From positions 11,036,001-11,100,000 of the forward strand of contig NC_043020.1 in the NCBI RefSeq assembly GCF_006345805.1: DNA of 64,000 nucleotides, written 5' to 3'. Each line of letters begins with the position of its first letter. Within the stretch, counting starts at the first letter, position 1. Under the pieces are notes generated by a model. That model did not search any database and was not told where the DNA came from. It worked only from the letters and a program-made list of their open reading frames with translations. The position numbers were made by a program, and so were the translations under genes. Below are positions 12,595 to 23,341 of the stretch, piece after piece. This DNA comes from Octopus sinensis (taxonomy: Eukaryota).

Positions 12595-13562
12595 AATATA
12601 TTTTTAAGTTGTCGTGGGCCAACAGGTTTTGGCAGAGATAAAGAATACGCACGGCACCCGTTTTCGGCCTAACCCTAATCTTAAACACTGGATGTACGTA
12701 TTCTTTATCTTCGCTCAGGTTTTTAGGATCTGACGATACGCCATAGGGCTAAACATATTATGGAAGGAACTAAGGCAATCCCATAAACCAGCCTTCCCCA
12801 TTTTTACTATATATATATATACAAATTGAGGTTTTGTTCTGCTTTTTTATGTTTAACCCTACAGTCTCTTATGTGGTGGTTTAATAAAGTATGTGATTGA
12901 GTATTATCTGGTAATTGATATTTGATTTAGATGTATTTCTCCATTTTCTTATCTTGTATATATATATATATATATATATATACAAACATTATATATACGT
13001 ATTTTTTAGTGTGCATATGCATGTATACACACACGCGTACATACATTCGTATTTGGTTTTAAAGACAGTAGAAAGAGAACAGAATAAATATCGTGCATAT
13101 AATTTTTTTCTTATTAGCTGAGATTGTTATATGTATGACTCAAAGGCCTTGTGCCAAGGTTCTTCACAAACTTGAAACCAAAGTTTGACATTTCTCATTT
13201 TTTATTATACAGATTCTCAAAACTTTATCCCTGCAGTCAATTGCAAGTACTTTAGCTCGACGCTCTGGGACCTTCCAGTCACACCTTTATCAATTTCAGC
13301 TAACAAAAGATTATATATATATAAATTTATATATATATATATTTCTTTACTGCCCACAACGGGCTAAACACAGAGGGGAGGGACAAACAAGGACAGACAA
13401 ACGGATTAAGTCGATTATATCGATCCCCAGTACGAAACTGGTACTTTATTTATCGACCCCGAGAGGATGAAAGGCAAAGTCGACCTATATGTATGTGTGT
13501 ATCACACACACATTATATATATATACATATATATATATATACATATACATATATATATACAT

Positions 13563-13611
<49 letters not shown>

Positions 13612-13787
13612 ATACATATATATACATATATACATATATATATATACATATATAAATGTGTGTGTGTGATACACACACACATTAGGTGTCTGTTTACATC
13701 ACTAATTTAAGAGAGCCATAAAAACCAAACAAATGACAGAAGCTACAGGCGGAATTCTCACGTATTACATGGACAAATTGAACCTAC

Positions 13788-13881
13788 TATCGCTCTGCAG
13801 AATCTTCTTGAATCGTTCTTCTGAAAAGCGAAGCAATCTCTGTCTTCTCACTCGACGGGCTTCTTCCACTGAACCGGCCAT
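13788..13881 (-). CDS. CAMLG: CAML/Get2-like ER tail-anchored protein insertase, coding exon 1 (MAGSVEEARRVRRQRLLRFSEERFKKILQSD); an in-frame upstream ATG at 13923 would add 14 aa
   Basis: Manual translation shows the basic N-terminal motif typical of CAML/Get2 (ARR.RR..LL..SE.R...IL). Donor GATA|gtaggt is phase 1 and matches the next exon. Confidence 0.85.
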
Positions 13882-15552
13882 AGTTTCAATCTTACTAGAA
13901 GGCTTAGTTGCGTATTTCGTCATGGCATAAAACATTTAATTCATATTAATGATAATATTTCATTCAATAAATTTTTTTATTTCGACCCTGAAACCCTGGA
14001 AGGATTTAAGACATTAATAAAAATTCCAGAGACTATATTAAGTCAAATTGGAATAATGGCACGAAAGTCTTATGAATGGGAAAAGTCGTAATGTTTGATG
14101 TAATTCATTGATGTTGCAACTTAATAAGAATGGACTTTTTAATAATCTTATGTTCGTTTGAATTTTTAAAATAGTTATCTTAAATTATATTTTAATTTAT
14201 ATGTGTGTTAGTTCTTGATTTGATTTTTAACTTTTTTTATTACCTTGAGATGAAAGAAAGGTAGACGATGGAGAAAGAGAGAGGGTGAGAGAGAGAGAGA
14301 TAGGCAGAGAGAGACAGAGAGAGATAGGCAGAGAGAGAGAAAGAGACAGAGAAAGAGACAGAGAGAGAAAGATAGGCAGAGAGAGAGACAGAGAGAGATA
14401 GGCAGAGAGTGAGAGAAAGAGACAGAAAGAAAGAGAGAGAAAAAGAGACAGAGAAAGAGACAGACAGAGAGAGAGAGAGAGAAAGAGAGAGAGCAGAGAG
14501 AGATAGCACAGAGAGAGAAAGAGACAGAGACAGAGAGAGCTGAGACAGAGAGACACAGAGAGAGAAAGGTGTTCAGTTGAAAGCTACGAAACTTCGGAAT
14601 GCTACTGAGATATAATCATTTGATGGCCGATGGCGTCCTGTGTTGAAACCGATGACACCAAGTTCTTCGCTCCTCGAGATGAAAGCCGCTTCTTTTCTCT
14701 CCACTGGTCGGATAGTAGAGAAACCTATAGGTAATGGAACAGCCACCGTTCTGATCTGTCTTTACGAGCTCTAACGACTTTCATGAGTGAAATACACTTC
14801 AAGAAACGCATTGGTTTCTATGGGTTGAAGAACAGAAAGTTGACAAGTTGTAGAATGGCAAGAAAGATCTACAACTGCCGCCTCCCCTTTTATATTCTAC
14901 AATCAACACTAACAACAAAGAACTAAATTAATCAACCAGTTTCGCTCCCCCTTTTTTTTTTTCTTCAAGAAAAAAAAAAAAAACAACCCCCCAAACGCAT
15001 AGAGAGAACCCATTCGATTGTGAATGTATGTGTGTCTGTGTTTTTGGGTGTCGTTTTTTGTATATGTCGTTTTATTTTTCTTCTTCTTCTTCGTCTCTGC
15101 CAGACAATCAATGGTCTGTCTGCACATTCCTTTTGTAACTTTAATGTTTTTTCCCCCTCGTCTCTATCTCTCTCTCTCCACTCCCTCTCAGCTGAGGGCA
15201 AAAAGAGTGTCAGCGGACTTCCCATTTCACTGAGTACAATCTCAAGAGTCTACTGAAGTGCTTTTTTTTTTTTGATTGACCCCTTCTTCTTGCTTCATCT
15301 TTACGTAACCCGTCTTCATCACAACAAAAAACTATAAAACAACAAATGTACAACACAGGACTAAAAACAGCAGCAGCAGCAGCTACCAATGTACTACAAC
15401 ACGTAAGACTAACCAACAAACAATAGAAGGAAATACAGCAATACTTGAACGAGTTTTTTTCGTCATCCTGGCCATCCCTCCTATATTTACGCTTCCGTCT
15501 CTTTAATGTTGATTTGTCTTTAAGATCACAAGCGGGGCCGCACCACCTCAAC
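13882..15552. promoter_or_regulatory. Probable shared divergent promoter and 5' UTR region between CAMLG and SLC25A16
   Basis: The start codons point away from each other about 1.7 kb apart. TSSs cannot be determined from the sequence. Confidence 0.55.
14270..14570. repeat. Compound (GA)n/(GACA)/(GAAA) polypurine tract
   Basis: Seen directly. Confidence 0.95.
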
Positions 15553-15640
15553 ATGACAGTTTCAACAGGAAGTGGGGCCTCCACATTATCTCTACCTTCT
15601 ACGAATTTTGGGATTACATGGAAAACTTTTGTTGCAGGAG
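15553..15640 (+). CDS. SLC25A16: Mitochondrial carrier SLC25A16 exon 1 (MTVSTGSGASTLSLPSTNFGITWKTFVAG)
   Basis: Ends GGAG|gtaaga in phase 1 and joins exon 2 to give WKTFVAGGIAGCCAKT. Confidence 0.88.
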
Positions 15641-15912
15641 GTAAGATATTTTTCTCTTTCTTTGATAGGGTTGTCGACTAAATTAAACAAGTAAATTAAA
15701 CTCATTAACTGAGCGAGCAATTTCCCATCACTCTTCCACCTCTTCATCTCTTTTCTTTACTAAAACTATCTTATCGTTTTTCGCACAGCCATACATTGAA
15801 TAATGTATTCTTTGACACCCTCAAAATAATAGGACGATCACAACAGAAATGCTTCTTGTCATAGAACAACACAAACATACGATTCGAGTCACCGATAGAG
15901 CCTCTACGCGGT

Positions 15913-16400
15913 CGGTCGCTCGCCTTGCTAGAAATAGAAGTCAAATCTCATATTACCGTATCAGCTTCAACAGGAGAAGACACAGTAGACCCCGTAATTA
16001 TATATATATATATATAAAAAGGGAAAGTTTACGAAAATAAACAAAAGACGAAGGCAGGTGGAGTACAAACAAACAAATGTATTAGTATAGCGCTCAGGAA
16101 TAGAAAAAGTCCTTTACATTTCCGGTCGCTCGCCTCGCTAGAAATAGAAGTCAAATCTCATATTACCGTATCAGCTTCAACAGGAGAAGACACAGTAGAC
16201 CCCGTAATTATATATATATATATAAAAAAATAAAAGGGGAAAGTTTACGAAAATAAACAAAAGACGAAGGCAGGTGGAGTACAAACAAACAAATGTATTA
16301 GTATAGCGCTCAAGAATAGAAAAAGTCTTTTATGTTTCGAGCCTACGCTCTTCTACAGAAAGATACACAGAACAAAAACGCGTGTAGGAGCTAACGATCT
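15913..16400 (-). mobile_element. Tandem (210-bp period) Penelope-type terminal repeat-like sequence with a hammerhead-like motif
   Basis: The duplicated unit is seen directly. The motif at 16326-16363 has hammerhead geometry. Assignment to PLEs is an inference. Confidence 0.5.
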
Positions 16401-16426
16401 ATTATATATATATATATATATATATA

Positions 16427-16554
16427 CAGGGTGTCCCCAAAAAATGTATACACACCTTAAATAATTGTAAATTTGTTATTCTTTGTAAGCCTAGTACTTA
16501 TTCTATCGTTCTCTTTTGCCGAACCACTATGTGTATACATTTTTTGGGGACACC

Positions 16555-16557
<3 letters not shown>
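16427..16557. mobile_element. Tc1/mariner-type MITE, 28-bp perfect TIR CAGGGTGTCCCCAAAAAATGTATACACA, inside a (TA)n tract
   Basis: Perfect inverted termini flanked by TA. Confidence 0.85.
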
Positions 16558-16612
<55 letters not shown>

Positions 16613-16970
16613 AAAAATCCGACAATTTTATGTTGTCCCTTCATCTAAGAAGGGAAACAAATTTTGGTTCCAACAGAGTGACACATTTCTCCTCCCCCTC
16701 TACATACGCCAAAACGAACTTAGAATAACTTATATTCTTCACTCTAAATTCTGCTGACGCAGCTACCGTCGGTTTCCTCGGTGAGTTTTTTTTTTAATTC
16801 TTTTCGTCTACAAAAAGTGTCTTTTTATATCGATGGGGTCGGGTCGTTAACCGCTGCAACATCTAGTGGTATTTTGGGGCTACTTCACCAGCTTGAATCT
16901 ATTCTATTCCACCAACTACCACGACGATGGTAGCGGTGGTGCTAGCGGTGTATGTGTATAGAAAACAAAT

Positions 16971-17938
16971 TCGCATCAAGCGACGAGCGTGCCTATACAG
17001 CTGTTGTTCGATCTGCTGGAAACAACAGCCAGATACTCTCTCGTATCACACTCGCATCAAGCGACGAGCGTGCCTATACAGCTGTTGTTCGATCTGCTGG
17101 AAACAACAGCCAGATACTCTCTCGTATCACACTCGCATCAAGCGACGAGCGTGCCTATACAGCTGTTATTCGATCTGCTGGAAACAACAGCCAGATACTC
17201 TCTCGTATCACACTCGCATCAAGCGACGAGCGTGCCTATACAGCTGTTGTTCGATCTGCTGGAAACAACAGCCAGATACTCTCTCGTATCACACTCGCAT
17301 CAAGCGACGAGCGTGCCTATACAGCTGTTATTCGATCTGCTGGAAACAACAGCCAGATACTCTCTCGTATCACACTCGCATCAAGCGACGAGCGTGCCTA
17401 TACAGCTGTTTTCGATCTGCTGGAAACAACAGCCAGATACTCTCTCGTATCACACTCGCATCAAGCGACGAGCGTGCCCTATACAGCTGTTATTCGATCT
17501 GCTGGAACAACAGCCAGATACTCTCTCGTATCACACTCGCATCAAGCGACGAGCGTGCCCTATACAGCTGTTATTCGATCTGCTGGAAACAACAGCCAGA
17601 TACTCTCTCGTATCACACTCGCATCAAGCGACGAGCGTGCCTATACAGCTGTTATTCGATCTGCTGGAAACAACAGCCAGATACTCTCTCGTATCACACT
17701 CGCATCAAGCGACGAGCGTGCCTATACAGCTGTTATTCGATCTGCTGGAAACAACAGCCAGGTACTCTCGTATCACACTCGCATCAAGCGACGAGCGTGC
17801 CTATACAGCTGTTATTCGATCTGCTGGAAACAACAGCCAGATACTCTCTCGTATCACACTCGCATCAAGCGACGAGCGTGCCTATACAGCTGTTATTCGA
17901 TCTGCTGGAAACAACAGCCAGATACTCTCTCGTATCAC
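16971..17938. repeat. Tandem satellite, 81-bp unit x ~12
   Basis: Unit TCGCATCAAGCGACGAGCGTGCCTATACAGCTGTTRTTCGATCTGCTGGAAACAACAGCCAGATACTCTCTCGTATCACAC. Confidence 0.97.
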
Positions 17939-18441
17939 AATCTAATTCTCTAAAGAGAGCACATTACTTAAGGTAATCCTCGATACACTTTCGTCTTTCA
18001 TCGCAGACCACTCAGTAGGGTTTTTATTGGTTTGTTTTTGCTTTCTTTCTCTGACTAAAAAGAGTAAGTTCAGTAAATTAAGACTTGTTTTGCCATACAG
18101 TAGTCTGTATGTCAAACCGTAACTTATAAATGGTCAATCTAAAGCCGGCCATGGGCTAAACAACAACAACAGCTCGTGTGTGTGTGTGTGTGTGTGTTCT
18201 ACTTTGAATGAGTAATATTGTATGACTAACTGATTTCCAATATTCTTCTATTCGTTTCAGTCATTTTTGACTGCGGCCATGCTGGAGCCCCGCCTTTGGT
18301 CGAGCAAATCGACCCCAGGACTTATTCTTTGTAAACCTAGTACTTATTCTATCGGTCGCTCTTATGCCGAACCGCTAAGTTACGGGGACGTAAACACACC
18401 AGCATCGATGTTAAGCGATATTGGGGGGGACACACAAACAT

Positions 18442-18474
<33 letters not shown>

Positions 18475-20151
18475 CCTGAGCACTGTATACAATAATTTCA
18501 TTATATATATATATATTTCTTTATTGCCCACAAGGGGCTAAACATAGAGGGGACAAACAAGGACAGACAAACTGGTACTTTATTTATCGACCCCGAGAGG
18601 ATGAAAGGCAAAGTCGACCCCGGCGGATACACGACTGGCTTCTTTCACGTTCCGTCTACCAAATCCACTCACAAGGTTTTGGTCGGCCCGAAGCTATAGT
18701 AGAAGACACTTGCCCAAGGTGCCACGCAGTGGGACTGAACCTGGAACCATGTGGTTGGTTAGCAAGCTACCTTACCACACAGCCACTCCTGCGCCTATAT
18801 AGACACAAACGCCTTAAATTTGGTCGTGGGTAGACGTGGTGGTGGTGCTGGATGGCAGTGATTCTATTCAGTCGGGGATTTCCCCTGTAAAAAAAAAAAA
18901 AAAAGACTTTAGTTCATGACGTAAAGAGATGTAATTAAATATCGTAAGAAACTTTTACGCTATTTGCATTTTGACATTCTTTTGATTGGGGTGCCGAACA
19001 ATCAGCTGGAAAAACTGGAAAATTTGAGACCCTAATCAAAAGAACGACTGCGTTTCTTTCAACTTTTTATGGTCTGAGTTCAAATTCCACCGAAGTAGAC
19101 TTTACCTTTCATCCTTTCGGGGTCGATTAAATAAGTACCAGTTACACACTGGTGTCGTTGTAATCGACTTAATCCCTTTGTCTGTCCTTGTTTGTCCTCT
19201 CTGTGTTTAGCCCTTGTGGGTAGTAAAGAAATAGAAATAGGTATTTCGTCCGTCTTTACGTTCTGAGTTCAAATTCCACCGAGGTCGACTTTACCTTTCA
19301 TCCTTGTGTATTGGGTCGATGTAATCGATTATCCTCTCCTCCAAATTCCAGGCCTTTCTGCCAGTAGTAGAAAGGACTGGGGGGTCGATAAATTAAGGGA
19401 AAGACTTGCTAAGTTAAGTACCGGTCAAGTACTGGAGTCAATGGGATCGACTCCCCCCTCCTCGAAATTTCAGGCCTTGTGCCTATAATAGAAGGATTAT
19501 TATTGTTGTTGTTGTCCTCTTTGTGTTTAGCCCCTTGTGGGTAGTAAAGAAATAGGTATTTCGTCCGTCTTTACGTTCTGAGTTCAAATTCCGCCGAGGT
19601 CGACTTCGCCTTTCATCCTTTCGAGGGTCGATAAATTAAGTACCAGTTACACACTGGGGGTCGATCTAATCGACTGCCCCCCACCACCACCCCCAAAATT
19701 TCGGGCCTTGTGCCTTTCATCCTCTCGGACTCGATACCAACTAGCACCAATTGAGCACGAGAGTGTATGTAGGGGGGAGAGGGGGTCAATGGACGGAGGT
19801 AAAGAATATGCACACCATCCGTTTTCGGCGTAACCCTAATCCTCACCCTAAGCACCAGGTGTGCCCAGAATTTGAAACCACTATTATGCTGTCCTGATAT
19901 TTAAAAAAAAAAAGCTTTTGTCAGTTCTCCGAACATGTGTTATTCTCTTTTACTTGTTTTTTGTCATTTGACTGCGGCCATGCCGGAGCACCGCCTTTAG
20001 TCGAGCAAATCGACCCCGGGACTTATTCTTTGTAAGCCCAGTACTTATTCTATCGGTCTCTTTTGCCGAAACCGCTAAGTGACGGGGACGTAAACACACC
20101 AGCATCGGTTGTCAAGCAATGCTAGGGGTACAAACACAGACACACAAACAT

Positions 20152-20188
<37 letters not shown>

Positions 20189-20514
20189 CATACACGACAG
20201 GCTTCTTTCAGTTTCCGTCTACCAAATCCACTCACAAGGCATTGGTCGGCCCGGGGCTATAGCAGAAGATACTTGCCCAAGGTGCCACACAGTGGGACTG
20301 AACCCGGAACCATGTGGTTGGTAAGCAAGCTACTTACCACACAGCCACTCCTGCGCCTAGAATTAATGAAAATGCCGTTGATGCTCTAGTTTCAATATAG
20401 TTTTCTGTTTGAGAAAAGTGTGTAACCCCACTCCGCTATCAACTTTGTTTCCTCATAACTTTCTTAAAATTACTTTGTCTTTTAGTGAAATTTTCTGGAG
20501 ATATTTTTTTTCTT

Positions 20515-20860
20515 GGATCTTTTCGGTTTGAACAGCAGATTTTTAAAATAATTTCCACGTAACTAAACACTTTTAAACTTCAGTTTGTAAGATAGTTGTT
20601 TTTTTCTTCAATTTCTGCAATTTCAACCAATCAATGACGTCTATTGAGGTGAAAACATTCTGTGCCGTATGAATATGTCCCTTGTTTAAGAAACAGATTG
20701 GGTTTATTTACATTTGTGAAGAAAAAAAAAGATATCCTTCCCCCCACCCCTAACCCTAAAATAGATTGAAATGCAATAGATCGATACTAGGGTCATAATT
20801 ATGGGTGACAATTTCATATGACACCGCTAGAAAACACTGCCGTTCAAACCGAAAAGATCC
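20515..20860. mobile_element. MITE with ~29-bp TIR GGATCTTTTCGGTTTGAACGGCAGTTTTT and 8-bp TSD tttttctt
   Basis: TIRs and TSD read directly. Internally deleted relative to the other copies. Confidence 0.85.
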
Positions 20861-21622
20861 TTTTTCTTCGGTGAAGATTAAGATTATCATGATAGAATTT
20901 CAAGATTATCATGATAGAATTTCAGAAAATAATTGTAAACTGCACCCTCGAAAATCTAATTAAAATTATACAAACTACAAAGTGCGAGCTTTATGAGTGT
21001 TTTGTTTTTTTTTTTTTTGTGGTGGTGGTCGTGGTGGTCCTTCAAAAGAATGTTTTGTTTTATTTTGCTTTTATGTTCTTTGTTCAAATTCCACATACGT
21101 CAACTTTACTTTTTATCTTACCGCGATCGATAAAACCACTTGAGCAGAGGGGTCGATGTAATCGAACTTGTCCCCTGTAGATTAGAAAAAAATATATATA
21201 TAATTATCATTGTATATAATAGTATCTTTATCGCACATAAGCAACATTATAATTATTGTATATAATATTTTTATTTTATCTAATATCGTTATTGTATATA
21301 TCATCATCATTATTGTGTGATAACAGTCGTGATGGCAAAACAATTTTGGCGGGTCCCCGCAAAAGATGTGACGCTTTAAGAATGAGTCAAAATGTTGCCA
21401 TTGGTCGGTCTTGTCTCAGTTTTAATTCGTAACTCTGTTCGTGTATGATGCATCTCTTCTGTTTATAGTGTTGTGTAATCAATTTAGAGACACTCCTGGA
21501 ACTACACATGAGTCATAGTCTTGCTGAAAATTTAGACCCCTCCCCATGATTCTTTGTTGTATTGTACAACCCTTGTCAACCCCGTTGGAGAAAACCTACG
21601 AACATTTGCATTCCTACTACGG

Positions 21623-21710
<88 letters not shown>

Positions 21711-22434
21711 TTGTGCGTTGGGGAGACTACATTGTCTAATGGGTCCTTATTCATTCAAGACGGTAGAGTGTAATTGAGTCATTCTTTGATCAGAAGCATT
21801 CCAGTCATGACCATCCTGTTTTTCGGGGGAGTTTTTTCAGTCATTGTATACCCAGTGTACATTATCTAATATTCCGTTTTAAGACACCTATTTCTTTATT
21901 ACCCACAAGGGGCTAAACACAGAGGGGACAAACAAGGACAGACATAGGTATTAAGTCGATTACATCGACCCCCAGTGCGTAACTGGTACTTAATTTATCG
22001 ACCCCGAAAGGATGAAAGGCAAAGTCGACCTCGGCGGAATTTGAACTCACAACGTAACGCAGAAGACACCGGATGTCATCTCAGGGGAGATTTGATTGTT
22101 ATTTCTAGCTGGTCAAGTCCCTTGTCGGTTCAACAGGAATGTGTGATCAGGCGAAGGATGATGTACTCCAAATGTCAATAAATTTGGATTAAATACACGG
22201 AGGTGAGAGTGTTTATATAAAAGATTACTAAATAGCGCGAAGTATTTTGCCTGACACCGTTCTTGCTGAAACAATAGTAATAACATGTAGTCTGTTTGGT
22301 GGCGGTAAAGAATACGTACATCACCCGTTTTCGGCTTTACAAAAACCCTAACTCTAAACACCCCGTGAATGTACTCTTTACCCTTTACTTTCGCCGTTTG
22401 TTTTGTTTTGTTATATAATTTATCTAGGGACTTG

Positions 22435-22856
22435 GGATCTTTTCGGTTTGAACGGCAGTTTTTTAAAAATAATTTCCACGTAACTAAACACTTTTAAACT
22501 TCGTATACTGGTAGAATGTGTTTATAAAACATCTTTTTTCTCTTGGCGGCTTTTTTGAGAAAATTCTATAGTTTGTAAGATGTTTGTTGTTTTTTTTCTT
22601 CAATTTCTGCAATTTCAACCAATTAATGACGTCTATTGAGGCGAAAACATTCTGTGCCGTATGAATATGTCCCTCGTTTAAGAAACAGATTGGGTTTATT
22701 TACATTTGTGAAGAAAAAAAGATACCCTTCCCCCCACCCCTAACTCTAACCCTAAAGCAGATTGAAATGCAATAGATCGATACTAGGGTCATAATTATGG
22801 GTGACAATTTCATACGACACCGCTAGGAAAAAGTGTCGTTCAAACCGGAAAGATCC
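22435..22856. mobile_element. Second copy of the GGATC-TIR MITE
   Basis: TIRs present. TSD degenerate (5/8). Confidence 0.85.
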
Positions 22857-23138
22857 GACACTTTATGAACGAACCAGCAGTGGTGGAGGACGAACACACA
22901 CACATAACGATGTGAAACTGAATCCGGAACCATGTGGTTGAGAAACAAATTCCTTGCCATCCTGCCATGCCTGCGCCATAAATAAAATGACTTCTTTCTT
23001 TCATCACCATTTTCTCATTTTAATGTCTACTTTTCCATGCTTCTATTGCTCAACGGGAATACATTGGGGAAGAGTTTCTTACGACTGAATCCTTCTCCGG
23101 TTGCCAACCCCCATCTGTTTCCAAGTGATACTTTAATC

Positions 23139-23341
23139 CAGTGGTTTTCAACTAGGGTTCCGCCAGTACAGTCCAGGGGTTCCGCAAGAAGTTACAAAAC
23201 TGCTAAAATCGGCAGTAATTTTTAAGTCTCCTGTGCAGATATGCGTGCATAAGACTATAAAATTATTGCACAGGGGTTCCTCGAACCAGTGGAATGTTTC
23301 CTTGGGGTTCCGCTCCAGAAAAAAAAGGTTGAAAAGCACTG
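23139..23341. mobile_element. hAT (Charlie-like) MITE
   Basis: TIR CAGTGGTTTTCAAC / GTTGAAAAGCACTG (13/14). 8-bp TSD ctttaatc/cattaatc (7/8). Confidence 0.82.

Noticed and set aside
15210-15584. 124-aa minus-strand ORF with basic stretches
   Set aside because: It overlaps the SLC25A16 first exon and UTR in antisense, is low complexity and has no recognisable homology.
16927-17976. Three overlapping 318-349-aa ORFs; possible repeat protein or CRISPR array
   Set aside because: These are translations of an 81-bp tandem satellite, open in all three frames. Units are contiguous with no unique spacers, there are no cas genes, and the context is a eukaryotic intron.
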